Assembly: GCA_039934295.1 (NCBI GenBank)
Contig: JBDTMN010000002.1
Location: 26,725 to 90,724 of the forward strand
Length of the DNA stretch: 64,000 nt
From: Candidatus Tayloriibacteriota bacterium
Lineage (GTDB): Bacteria > Patescibacteriota > Minisyncoccia > Phycocordibacterales > HO2-43-120
Direction: 5' to 3'
Numbering within the stretch: the first letter of the stretch is position 1; each line of letters starts with the position of its first letter. The position numbers and the translations under genes are program-made. The notes beneath the pieces were generated by a model. That model did no database searches. It saw only the letters and a list, made by a program, of their open reading frames with translations, and was not told where the DNA came from. Shown here one piece after another: positions 29,805 to 39,250 of this stretch.

Positions 29805-30230
29805 TCAGAGTATATCTTTGACGGTTTTTCTTATTCCTTCCCTCCCCTCCTCAGTTGAGGAGGGGTTAGGGGTGGTGCTGCCCAAAACTTCTTGCATCTT
29901 TATCAAAACTCCGTTTAGGTTTGTATTTACTTCATTATTCCAGAACCTTAGAACGTCACATCCTATGCTATTAAAAAACTTTGTCCTCCTAAAATCATAT
30001 TCTTTATTGTTATCGTCATCATGCTGACTACCGTCGATTTCAATGACAAGTTTCTTTTGTGAACAATAAAAATCCACGATGTATTGACCGACACTGTGTT
30101 GTCTTCTGAATTTATATCCGAGTTGTCCATTTTTCAACCTTGACCAGAGAATAATTTCTTGAGGTGTCGCGCTACTTCGCAAAGATTTTCGCATATCTTT
30201 AAGGATATTAAGATTATGAACAGTTCGCAT
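29805..30230 (-). CDS. DUF559 endonuclease domain protein flanked by GC-rich hairpins
   Basis: KFRRQHSVGQYIVDF, IEIDGSQH, VLRFWN; hairpins at 29840-29877 and 30244-30290. Confidence 0.9.
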   Translation of the reverse strand: MRTVHNLNILKDMRKSLRSSATPQEIILWSRLKNGQLGYKFRRQHSVGQYIVDFYCSQKKLVIEIDGSQHDDDNNKEYDFRRTKFFNSIGCDVLRFWNNEVNTNLNGVLIKMQEVLGSTTPNPSSTEEGREGIRKTVKDIL

Positions 30231-30306
30231 ATAAAAATTTTCACACCACCCCGCCGCGGACGGCACCCCTCCTCATCCGAGGATGGGAGGAGGAAAATAA
30301 ACTAAT

Positions 30307-31173
30307 TTACATCTTATTAAACAACTTCAGCCGAGCCTCCGCCACCCTCTCCACTTCCTCCATGGGTAATTTCATATATTTATACGGCGCGACCTCTTCG
30401 GGATTTTCCGCCAGGGACTTTTTGATTCCGTTTACGAATGCGACCCGAAGCTCGGTGGAAATGTGCGTGATTGAAATCCCGGCGTCAATTGCAGAAACTA
30501 AATCTTCGTCCACCGTTCCCGAGCCTCCATGAAGAACGAGGGGGATGCCCGACGCAACTCTAATATCTTTGATTCTCTTTATGTCGAGGCGGGGGTCATG
30601 TCCCACTCGCATCATGCCGTGGACGTTCCCCACCGCCGGAGCCAGAAGATCGATTCCCGTCATTTCAACAAATTTTTTCGCAACGTCCGGATGGGTAAGG
30701 TCATCACCCGTAACTTTTACGCCCTCGGGAAGCGCGTCCAATACTTTGGACGACTGACCGATGTATCCAAGCTCCCCCTCAATTAAAATATCGGGGCGGA
30801 CACTTTTTGCATATTCAACGCACTTCTTTGTCATCGCCACATTTTCATCGAAAGAAAGCTTCGCCCCGTCAATGATTGCAAGATCAAACCCTGCATCTAT
30901 CGCTTCCTTCACCCGCTCAAAACTATACGTGTGGTCAGCATTCAAAAAGACCGGGAAATTCGCTTCTTCCCGAAGACTTCGAACAACCGCCACAATTTGC
31001 TTTACTCCAAAAAAAGCGCGTTCACCTTCCGATGCTCCAATAATGACGGGAACACCGAGCTTCTTAGCCGCTGTGAACACCGCTTGAACCATCTCGATGT
31101 TTGAAATATTAAAATGTCCGATTGCGACCTTATTTTTTTCCGCCTCGGCAATGTATTCAAGAAGCGTTTTCAT
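30307..31173 (-). CDS. fba: Class II fructose-bisphosphate aldolase
   Basis: NADH, EGELG, GNVHG and LVLHGGSG. Confidence 0.92.
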   Translation of the reverse strand: MKTLLEYIAEAEKNKVAIGHFNISNIEMVQAVFTAAKKLGVPVIIGASEGERAFFGVKQIVAVVRSLREEANFPVFLNADHTYSFERVKEAIDAGFDLAIIDGAKLSFDENVAMTKKCVEYAKSVRPDILIEGELGYIGQSSKVLDALPEGVKVTGDDLTHPDVAKKFVEMTGIDLLAPAVGNVHGMMRVGHDPRLDIKRIKDIRVASGIPLVLHGGSGTVDEDLVSAIDAGISITHISTELRVAFVNGIKKSLAENPEEVAPYKYMKLPMEEVERVAEARLKLFNKM

Positions 31174-31356
31174 GGGGATATTGTATCACAATCCATCGGT
31201 ATGGAAAATTCGAAATTCGAAGAGCGAAATTCGAAAAAATTCAGAATAATTAACTGAAAGATCAGTTGCTTGAATTTAGAATTTTTTCACATTTTTTCGA
31301 ATTTCGAATTTCGGATTTCGTGCTTATATTTTTGCTTTTTGCTATACTATTCGAAT

Positions 31357-32346
31357 ATGAGAAACATGGACTTCCTCGCCATCGGTGACGTTACCACCGA
31401 CGCGTTCATCCGAATCAAGGACGCGAGCGTAACCTGCGACCTGGACCGCCGTAATTGCAAGCTCTCTTTGAATTTCGCCGACAAAGTGCCCTACGAATCG
31501 GTGACAGAACTTCCAGGAGTCGGAAACAGCCCTAACGCCGCCGTCTGCGCCGCCCGACTCGGACTCTCTTCGGCAATTGTTACGAATGTGGGCGATGATG
31601 AAAACGGGAAAGCTTGTGAAAAAGCTTTGAAGCAAAACGGGGTTAAGGCCAACTACCTCACCCGAGAAAAAGGCAGAAAAACAAATTACCACTACGCCCT
31701 TTGGTATGAAGACGAACGAACGATTTTAGTAAAACATGAGGAATTCAACTATTCCCTTCCAAAAATACAGACTCCTTCCTGGGCATATGTGAGCTCTCTC
31801 GGGTCAAACTCATTCAACTACCATTTGGAAATTATTGAGTTTCTAAAGAAAAATCCGGAGGTGAAACTTGTTTTTCAGCCCGGAACATTCCAAATGAAGC
31901 TCGGTCGGGAGAAACTAAAAGATATTTACGCGCGGTCAGAAATTTTTATCTGTAATGTTGAAGAAGCGCAGAGAATACTTGACATGCCAAACGGAGAAAT
32001 AAAAGCACTGCTGGCAAAGATGCACACGCTTGGACCGAAAATTGTTTCAATAACCGACGGTCCGAAAGGCGCCTACGCTTCCGACGGAAAAGCGCAGTGG
32101 TTCATGCCGATCTACCCCGACCCAAAACCCCCTCTTGAGAGAACAGGTTGCGGAGACTCCTTTGCCGCTACCCTTACGGTGGCAATTTCTCTAGGCAAAA
32201 GCTTAGAAGAAGCTCTCCTGTGGGCGCCGATTAACCCCATGTCTGTGGTACAATATGTGGGGGCGCAGGAAGGGCTTTTGAGCCGAAAAGCGCTAGAGGA
32301 TCTCTTAGCGAGGGCACCTGCCGATTATAAACCTAGAAAAATATGA
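31357..32346 (+). CDS. PfkB family carbohydrate kinase
   Basis: NAAVCAARLG and ERTGCGDSF; start moved to 31357. Confidence 0.9.
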   Translation: MRNMDFLAIGDVTTDAFIRIKDASVTCDLDRRNCKLSLNFADKVPYESVTELPGVGNSPNAAVCAARLGLSSAIVTNVGDDENGKACEKALKQNGVKANYLTREKGRKTNYHYALWYEDERTILVKHEEFNYSLPKIQTPSWAYVSSLGSNSFNYHLEIIEFLKKNPEVKLVFQPGTFQMKLGREKLKDIYARSEIFICNVEEAQRILDMPNGEIKALLAKMHTLGPKIVSITDGPKGAYASDGKAQWFMPIYPDPKPPLERTGCGDSFAATLTVAISLGKSLEEALLWAPINPMSVVQYVGAQEGLLSRKALEDLLARAPADYKPRKI

Positions 32347-32678
32347 ATGAAGCCGAAAAAACGGAATTTCTTGAGGACGTGGCGGCTGAAAAAATAGCTT
32401 TCGCGTCAGAAGACCAAGAAAAAGTGGCGCACGAGCTCAAAATCCTTCAGACAAAATTGCGCAAACGTTTCAGTATGAACGATCGAGCTTTGATTGCGGG
32501 AGCGGAAGAAATGACGATGAATAGCGGGCAGAAGGAAGAAGCTTGGAAAGAATTGCGAACGATTCAGAGTGACATTTCTAAAATGCTCGCCGATAGATCC
32601 AGCGGACGAGAAGAGCTTAAAAGAATTGAGAAACGTATTCAATCGCTTGAGTCCATTCTTTCTCCAGAGAATCAATGA
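32343..32678 (+). CDS. Hypothetical coiled-coil protein
   Basis: ATGA overlap with the PfkB stop. Confidence 0.65.
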   Translation: MNEAEKTEFLEDVAAEKIAFASEDQEKVAHELKILQTKLRKRFSMNDRALIAGAEEMTMNSGQKEEAWKELRTIQSDISKMLADRSSGREELKRIEKRIQSLESILSPENQ

Positions 32679-32755
32679 GTCGGTCTCGGAAATGACTTTT
32701 TTCACATCTCCAAACGCGTGTTGGAGATTTTTTCTACACTTTCAAATCGCCATTC

Positions 32756-33145
32756 TTATTCTTCCTTAAAAATGTCAAGTTTCGACAATAATTCTGTTTT
32801 GATTTCTTCAGGAGTGTTCACTAGATATTTATCTCTGACGTATGCTTGACGTTTGAGCAGGGCTTGTAAGTTTGCATTCGCTTGTTTGTATTGTTCTTCA
32901 AATTCCTTCGGAAATAATCCTTCTAATATTTGAAAGTATGCGAAAATTACGGAGAGAGTACTGCCGTAACAAGCGATCCACGGGTTACGACTTCCACCTT
33001 TCAATTCATTATCAATGTTAGCGGGCGCTTGACTGATTGCTTTCTTGATAATTTTTATTATCCCTTCCTCGGTATTCTCATCATTTTCGTTTGAGTTATC
33101 ACCTCCTTCAGTATTTAGTACACCTTTTTCAAGTAGATTTGTCAT
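32756..33145 (-). CDS. Hypothetical protein
   Basis: 129-aa AT-rich ORF directly after the transketolase C-terminal gene. Confidence 0.6.
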   Translation of the reverse strand: MTNLLEKGVLNTEGGDNSNENDENTEEGIIKIIKKAISQAPANIDNELKGGSRNPWIACYGSTLSVIFAYFQILEGLFPKEFEEQYKQANANLQALLKRQAYVRDKYLVNTPEEIKTELLSKLDIFKEE

Positions 33146-33155
33146 TTTTTTGATG

Positions 33156-34151
33156 CTATTTTCTTTTTAAAACTTTATTGACCGCATCTCTAATATCTTT
33201 TTCGCCCATTCCATAATGCTCGAGAAGTTCCTCTGGCTTTCCTGATTGACCGAATTCATCTTTCACTCCTACAAACTCTTGTGGAACGGGATAATTTTTG
33301 GCCAAGAATTCTGCAACAGCGGAGCCCATTCCGCCAGCTATTTGATGCTCCTCTACAGTGACAATTCTTCCCGTCTCTTTAGCAAGACGCAGTATGGCAT
33401 GTTCGTCCAAGGGCTTAATGGTTGAGAGATTAAGAACTTTCACTCCTATCTTCTCTTTCTCCAATTCCTTGGCGACTTTGAGCGCTTTGTGAAGAAGCGC
33501 GCCTGTCGCGATAATACCCACTTCTGCCTTTCCTACAATTGGTTCGAAGAAAACGTGCGCTTTTCCTACCTCAAATGGAGTATCCTCCGTAGTTATAACA
33601 GGAGTTTTATCGCGTGCGAGCCGAAGATAAACCGGCTTCCCCATCTTCGCCACAGCTTGGGTTGCCTTCTTGGCTTCTATTGCATCGCATGGCGAAATTA
33701 CAACCATGTTGGGAATAACCCGAGTGATGGCAATGTCTTCAATCGCCTGATGCGTCCCCCCATCGGGACCCACAGAAATTCCAGCGTGTGAGCCCGCTAT
33801 AATTACCGCTCTGTCGTTGTAACAAATCGTTGTGCGAATCTGCTCCCAGTTTCTGCCCGGAGAAAACATGGCGTAAGAGGAAATGAACGGGATTTTCCCC
33901 ATTGCTGACATCCCCGAAGCCACGCTAGCCAAATTCTGCTCGGCCACCCCCATTTCGATAAACCTCTCTGGAAATTTATTTTTGAAAAGATGCATCTTGG
34001 TGCTCTCTGTTAGGTCAGCGCAAAGGCCCACGACCCTTTTGTCCGCTTCTCCCGCGAGCACCAAACCTTCCCCGAACCCTTTACGGATTTCGGCCAATTC
34101 GACATCATTGTCAAAGAGTTTGGAATTGAGTTTTTGAGATTGGCTTAACAT
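33156..34151 (-). CDS. Transketolase C-terminal subunit
   Basis: GVAEQN, GPDGGTHQ and VEEH. Confidence 0.94.
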   Translation of the reverse strand: MLSQSQKLNSKLFDNDVELAEIRKGFGEGLVLAGEADKRVVGLCADLTESTKMHLFKNKFPERFIEMGVAEQNLASVASGMSAMGKIPFISSYAMFSPGRNWEQIRTTICYNDRAVIIAGSHAGISVGPDGGTHQAIEDIAITRVIPNMVVISPCDAIEAKKATQAVAKMGKPVYLRLARDKTPVITTEDTPFEVGKAHVFFEPIVGKAEVGIIATGALLHKALKVAKELEKEKIGVKVLNLSTIKPLDEHAILRLAKETGRIVTVEEHQIAGGMGSAVAEFLAKNYPVPQEFVGVKDEFGQSGKPEELLEHYGMGEKDIRDAVNKVLKRK

Positions 34152-34414
34152 TATAGCAGTCCTTTTATTTTAAGAATCCCGAAGCTAATCGAAGATATAA
34201 CTAAAATTATTCCTTCAATCCTTCTTAGTGAATAGTCTCGCAAGGTCTGCGGGTAGTCGTAACTGGCTTTTTTATTGAAAAGGAGCGTAATACCCAGAAG
34301 AAAGCTCACAGCTATGAATAGATAAATCCAGGTCGGCTGAAGCAACTTGCTGAACCAGAGCGTAATAGCCAAGAGAAGAAAAACTATTTTTAATATTATT
34401 TCTATATACCTCAT
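34151..34414 (-). CDS. Small membrane protein between transketolase halves
   Basis: MRYIEIILK..., three hydrophobic segments; stop overlaps the next start. Confidence 0.6.
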   Translation of the reverse strand: MRYIEIILKIVFLLLAITLWFSKLLQPTWIYLFIAVSFLLGITLLFNKKASYDYPQTLRDYSLRRIEGIILVISSISFGILKIKGLL

Positions 34415-34457
34415 CGTTGTTATTTTTAAAGCTAAAACCTGACAGCTAATAGCTTCC

Positions 34458-35324
34458 CTACTCATGTTCACTCCTAATCTTTCCTCCCAGCGTTCGGAGC
34501 GCGTGAAGAGCAATCTTTTTCTCCTCCGGAGTGGTCGGAGGCTTGCCATGCCATTCGAATTTTCCTTCAAATTCTGGAATGCCCTTTGATGGAATCGTGT
34601 GAGCTATAATTACCGATGGCTTCTCGCTCACCGCCCGTGCTTGCCCAACCGCCTCGTCAATTGCCCGAAAGTTATGCCCATCCACCTCCTGCACATGCCA
34701 GTTGAATGACCTCCATTTGTCCACAATGGGCTCTAAAGGCATGATGTCCTCGGTGAAGCCGTCTATCTGAATGTTGTTGCGGTCCACTATCGCCGTCAGG
34801 TTTTGCAATTTTTCTTTCCCGGCAAGAAGTATCGCCTCCCACGTTTGGCCTTCATCATGCTCGCCATCGGACATAAGGCAATAAAATTGCTTTCCGCTTG
34901 AGCGCCCGTTGTCCATGCGGTCTGCAAGCGCCATACCTACAGCTTGTGAGAGACCTGCGCCGAGTGGTCCCGACGAGGTTTCAAGCGAGGGAAGCCATTC
35001 TCGGTGTGGATGCCCCTGAAGACGTGTGCCGAATTTGCGAAGCGTCTTCAATTCCGAGACGGGAAAATATCCGGCGTGGGCCATCGTAGCGTAGAGAACC
35101 GGACAAATGTGGCCGTTTGAAAGCACAAGTCGGTCTCGCTCCGACCAGTCCGGCTTTTTTGGGTCATGCTTCAACGCGTAAAAATAGAGGTATGTAAAAA
35201 TATCGGTCATGCCAAGTGGCCCCGCCGTGTGTCCCGAGCCAGCCTCGATGAGCATCTCAATAATCGAGGTGCGGATTTGGTTGGCTGTGAGTTCAAGTTC
35301 GTGAATTTTTTTGTCATCCAACAT
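34458..35324 (-). CDS. Transketolase N-terminal subunit
   Basis: DRLVLSNGH, LQGHP, SDGE..EG and QIDG. Confidence 0.94.
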   Translation of the reverse strand: MLDDKKIHELELTANQIRTSIIEMLIEAGSGHTAGPLGMTDIFTYLYFYALKHDPKKPDWSERDRLVLSNGHICPVLYATMAHAGYFPVSELKTLRKFGTRLQGHPHREWLPSLETSSGPLGAGLSQAVGMALADRMDNGRSSGKQFYCLMSDGEHDEGQTWEAILLAGKEKLQNLTAIVDRNNIQIDGFTEDIMPLEPIVDKWRSFNWHVQEVDGHNFRAIDEAVGQARAVSEKPSVIIAHTIPSKGIPEFEGKFEWHGKPPTTPEEKKIALHALRTLGGKIRSEHE

Positions 35325-35403
35325 GGTAGTTTAGTATGATAGTAAGTTAGTATATTAGTATGCCAGAAACTAGAATTCTTCTAAAATACCAACTTACTAT
35401 CTA

Positions 35404-36078
35404 CTAGCTTACTTTCTTAAACTCCTCAACCGTTTCCACAAGATTTTCGCTCTCGAATATCGCCGAGCCCACCACGAGCCGGTCTGCGCCTTCTTCTTTT
35501 AAAAGCTTCGCATTCTCCAAATTTACCCCTCCATCAACTGACACCAAAATCTCCGGATGATTGTTCTTGAATTCCCTGATTTTACCATAGACTCTCTCGT
35601 CAAGCTCTTCTCCCTGGAAGCCAATCTTCGCAATTCCCATAAATTGCACGAATTGAATGTTCTCGAGATAAGGCAAAATGGCATCATTCGGCGTATCGGG
35701 ATTAAGAGCAATCCCCAGTTCAACCACATCTTGAGTTGCAGAAAATATCGAACTTATCTCATTTTTTAGCGCTTCAACATGAATAATAATGCGCGATGCC
35801 CCTGCGCTTATCCAATCGGAAACAACCGCCTCGGGATTCAGGACCATCAAATCAACTTCAAAATCAAGCTCTTTCCAATAGGGCATTCCTTCGTCCTCTT
35901 TCAAAATCTTCTCGAAATCGACGCTGTATTTTCCCTTTACATATGGCCAGCTCTCCCTCGGCACAAATTTCCCGTCACAGACGTCAATCTGCACTAAAGG
36001 AACGAGACCTTTCACTTGCGAGAGATGCTCCTCTAAATCTTCGAAATTTTTGGGGATGATGGCGGGGATTATGGTCAT
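35404..36078 (-). CDS. rpe: Ribulose-phosphate 3-epimerase
   Basis: DVCDGKFVP, DLMV, ALNPDT, VDGGV and VVGSAIF. Confidence 0.9.
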   Translation of the reverse strand: MTIIPAIIPKNFEDLEEHLSQVKGLVPLVQIDVCDGKFVPRESWPYVKGKYSVDFEKILKEDEGMPYWKELDFEVDLMVLNPEAVVSDWISAGASRIIIHVEALKNEISSIFSATQDVVELGIALNPDTPNDAILPYLENIQFVQFMGIAKIGFQGEELDERVYGKIREFKNNHPEILVSVDGGVNLENAKLLKEEGADRLVVGSAIFESENLVETVEEFKKVS

Positions 36079-36150
36079 GAAAAAAGCTTTTAGCTTCTAG
36101 CTGTTAGCTACTAGCTTTAAAATTAAAAGCTGACAGCTAATAGCTCTAAG

Positions 36151-36612
36151 TTAGCTAATGTTGTCTAACATCGCATTCCTCTTCATATGCCTCTCGTCGG
36201 CTGAAAACGGTGTCGCGAGCCACATATCAACTGCCTGTTTCGCTTCGGAAAAAGGCACAAAGTCCGCGCCTAACGCAAGGACATTAGCATCATTGTGTTC
36301 TCTTCCGAGACGGACAACTTCCAAATTCCCGCCATCATACACAATCGCTCGCACCCCGGGAAACCGATTGCACACTATGGCTTCGCCTTGCCCCGATTTG
36401 CCTATTACAATTCCCCTATTCTTCTCCGGATTTTGAGCTATCGTAAACGCAAGTGGAGTCAAAATTTCCGGGTAATCATCTCCCTCCACATATTTTTTCG
36501 CTCCAAAATCTTCCACGTCGAAATCCTTGCCGAGAAGATATTTCTTAAGCTCCTCTTTCAATGCAAATCCCGCGTGATCGGACCCGATAAAAATTTTAGA
36601 TGATTTCTGCAT
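36151..36612 (-). CDS. rpiB: Ribose-5-phosphate isomerase B
   Basis: GSDHAG and REHNDANVL. Confidence 0.9.
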   Translation of the reverse strand: MQKSSKIFIGSDHAGFALKEELKKYLLGKDFDVEDFGAKKYVEGDDYPEILTPLAFTIAQNPEKNRGIVIGKSGQGEAIVCNRFPGVRAIVYDGGNLEVVRLGREHNDANVLALGADFVPFSEAKQAVDMWLATPFSADERHMKRNAMLDNIS

Positions 36613-36723
36613 GGAACTAGTATATCACTAAGTCTCGGGTTTTGATAAGAATCCTGCCTCGTCTTTTAAAATGTCTTAAAAAAAGCTGTCATTTCTGACA
36701 GCCATGACGTCCTCCCTACATTC

Positions 36724-37626
36724 TCAGTCCAATACCGAGGGCTCTACACCCAAACGTTTGAGTTTGAGGCGAAGACTTCGAAGAGCTTTGTTTTGGATTT
36801 GACGAATCCTTTCCCTAGTGACTCTTAGCAGTGGAGCGATTTCTTCCAGCGTTTTCTCATCTTGGCCATCAAGTCCAAAACGCGCAGTTAAGATTGTCGC
36901 CTCTCTTTTAGACAGTGTGCTCACCAAGCGTCGAAGCACGGCGTACTCGACCTTCACTTCCACTTCTACATCTGGAGGTAAAACACTACTGTCGGGAATC
37001 ATTTGCTCGAGGATAAAAGAATCTTCGTCAGTTTCCATCGGCACTTGGAGCGAGGTCGTTCCGGTTACAGCAAGACGAAGTTTCCTAACACGGAGAGCTG
37101 TGATGCCGAGTTCTCCAGCAATTTCTTCATCGGTTGGTTCTCGGCCAAGTTGGCGGTGAAGCTCTTCATCGACTCGACCCAACTTGGAGAACGTTTCGAA
37201 CACGTGCGGAGGCAATCTAATGGTTCTTCCCTGGCTTGATAAAGCGCGCATGATTGCTTGCCTAATCCACCAACGGGCATAATTCGATAGCTTACCCCCT
37301 TTTCCGAGTTCAAACTTATCGACCGCTTTCATGAGACCAATATTACCCTCATTAATAAGATCAAGTAATGGCATTCCAAGATCTTCGAAATCGCGAGCAA
37401 TTTTTATGACCAACCGAAGATTGGCCTTAATCATATGTTCTCGAGCCCGTGGACGATCTTTCTCCGGACCATGTATGATTTGATTAAAAAGCTCCAATTC
37501 TTCAGCCGGGGTGAGCACTTGAACCAGCCCGACTTCTTTCATATACAAACGGAGTGCGGAACTATCCTTCGCACCCCCGCCCATTTCTGTGGACACGGAT
37601 GCAATCGGTAATTCAACATCGTTCAT
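36724..37626 (-). CDS. RpoD/RpoS-family sigma70 factor lacking region 1.1
   Basis: ANLRLV, DLINEGNIGLMKAV, YARWWIRQ, RTIRLP, TRERIRQI. Confidence 0.92.
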   Translation of the reverse strand: MNDVELPIASVSTEMGGGAKDSSALRLYMKEVGLVQVLTPAEELELFNQIIHGPEKDRPRAREHMIKANLRLVIKIARDFEDLGMPLLDLINEGNIGLMKAVDKFELGKGGKLSNYARWWIRQAIMRALSSQGRTIRLPPHVFETFSKLGRVDEELHRQLGREPTDEEIAGELGITALRVRKLRLAVTGTTSLQVPMETDEDSFILEQMIPDSSVLPPDVEVEVKVEYAVLRRLVSTLSKREATILTARFGLDGQDEKTLEEIAPLLRVTRERIRQIQNKALRSLRLKLKRLGVEPSVLD

Positions 37627-37676
37627 AGAAGTTTCCTGTCTCTGTTTTCTGATTCACGTTGTTCTGTCTGGCTAAA

Positions 37677-37704
37677 ATAGTATTCCAAGAACAATAGTTG
37701 TCAA
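37677..37704 (-). promoter_or_regulatory. Sigma70 promoter of the extra sigma gene
   Basis: Minus strand TTGACA-N16-TACTAT. Confidence 0.55.
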
Positions 37705-38017
37705 TCTTTCGATATTTCATTTTTTACTATGTAAAATTGTCTGTAAAATTATCCCACTCGTCTTAATTACTTTTTTTGAAAAATCAGCCAAAAAACTCGC
37801 CGAAGCCCCGCCTTGCTAGACCTTGATATCGGGGAAACGGACCCAATCCCAATGTCAAGGTTTAACCTTGCCGAAGACCCTTTAAATAACTTGACTATTA
37901 CATAGCATGTATGTTATAGTAGCGAAAGAAGATCGATTCATCTAGATTAGCTATTCAATTGCTACCCCTTGCCACAATCAGTGGACTCATAAATGCGTAC
38001 CGATAGTACGGAGTTAA

Positions 38018-38488
38018 ATGAATTGGTTGTCTGAACCTATGAAAATCAAGTTATGTTTCGATGTCAGATTCCTCTTTAAAGAGAAGGATCACGAGAAAGC
38101 GGATCGGGAGGGATATTACGAGCGCGCTTTCGTAGGTGACCTCTACTACTCCTTCTCAAGGACAATATCGCTACCTTGTTTGCCTTTAAAAGGTCAAACC
38201 TACCAGCTAAGATACGACCCAGTGACCGACAGCCCGAACGCTGTCGGAGACAATATGCACTATCGTGTTCGAGATTCTGGATTCATTGAGCAAGACGAGA
38301 AGGAGAATATATTTCCGTATTTCGTTATTTCAGACGACAAGTCGTTCAGTGAATGGCTGGATGAAAATCCTACCCAAAAAAATGTAGGAGCGACCAATCA
38401 GTACGCAGAGTGGGAAAGTGAAGTAGAGCGAGGAATGGTCGAACTGACCAAAACATTCAAGCAACATGGCTGGGAACAAGAGCTATAA
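38018..38488 (+). CDS. Hypothetical protein
   Basis: 156-aa ORF; TTGACT/TGTTATAGT promoter at 37891-37920 and terminator near 38516-38544. Confidence 0.7.
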   Translation: MNWLSEPMKIKLCFDVRFLFKEKDHEKADREGYYERAFVGDLYYSFSRTISLPCLPLKGQTYQLRYDPVTDSPNAVGDNMHYRVRDSGFIEQDEKENIFPYFVISDDKSFSEWLDENPTQKNVGATNQYAEWESEVERGMVELTKTFKQHGWEQEL

Positions 38489-38539
38489 ATTGATCCACCG
38501 GCTTGATAAACAGAAGGAGTGCCCATCCGGGACGCTCTT

Positions 38540-38597
38540 TTTTTATTCACATGCTCAACCACGTATATCTTAGCTCGTTGTCGTACCAAGTCATCGA
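38540..38597 (-). pseudogene. Decayed gap 3'-end copy 1
   Basis: TWYDNELRYT/VEHVNK versus gap AWYDNEMGYTYTLVEHVIK. Confidence 0.8.
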
Positions 38598-38611
38598 CTC
38601 ACTTATATTCT

Positions 38612-38797
38612 CTATCCATTCCCTATAACATTTAATCCTACCAAAAGTAAGAAAATTGCTAATAAGACCGAAACTATAAGCAAGTATATCTCAGTAAAAT
38701 CAAAAACGTAGTTATTTATTAATCCTAAGACTATTAACAACCCTAGACCTATCATGCCTATCCAGCTCAGGTGTTTTCTATTTTTAGAGATAAACAT
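38612..38797 (-). CDS. Small two-TM protein
   Basis: 61-aa hydrophobic ORF. Confidence 0.6.
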   Translation of the reverse strand: MFISKNRKHLSWIGMIGLGLLIVLGLINNYVFDFTEIYLLIVSVLLAIFLLLVGLNVIGNG

Positions 38798-38804
38798 TTT
38801 GTTC

Positions 38805-38882
38805 TTATGTTAATTTACCAGCTTCAATCACATGCCTTACTAACGTATGAGTATACCCTAGTTCATTACTGTACCGTGTTAG
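38805..38882 (-). pseudogene. Decayed gap 3'-end copy 2
   Basis: LTRYSNELGYTHTLVRHVIEAGKLT* versus LAWYDNEMGYTYTLVEHVIKAGRLV*. Confidence 0.88.
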
Positions 38883-38893
38883 CTTCGTCCAAC

Positions 38894-39241
38894 TTATTCA
38901 TCAAGTTGAAATGACTTTACGTCGGAGATGGTATAGCCGGATGAACGTAGGCTGTCTAAAATACGTAACGGTCTCGCGGCAAAGAAGATTAGTAGTTTTG
39001 GCAGGTTTGGATTTGAATGGTGGATTCTAATCGCAAACCAGGTCGGGTAATTTTTGATATTTATCTGCGACTTTAGTAATTCGACTTGACTATTTCTATT
39101 AATAACCAATTTATTATCCGAAACCGTTATGGAATGAACTCCTGTATATCTGAGAATCAATCGCAACGTAGATATAAGGGTTAACATCCACCAATTAGAA
39201 GCGAATATTCCTTTGAATTCTTTTTCCATAAATGAATACAC
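38894..39241 (-). CDS. Hypothetical protein
   Basis: 115-aa ORF co-oriented with fic. Confidence 0.6.
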   Translation of the reverse strand: MYSFMEKEFKGIFASNWWMLTLISTLRLILRYTGVHSITVSDNKLVINRNSQVELLKSQINIKNYPTWFAIRIHHSNPNLPKLLIFFAARPLRILDSLRSSGYTISDVKSFQLDE

Positions 39242-39250
39242 TATTTATAA

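Noticed and set aside
31270-31356. Long N-terminal extensions of PfkB (also RmuC 48441-48512, NUDIX, rnhB, rplU)
   Set aside because: They read through repeats, promoters or upstream genes; downstream ATGs fit better.
32680-32755. Transketolase tail duplication analogous to gap (DVKKVIS)
   Set aside because: The match is too short and overlaps a terminator-like hairpin.
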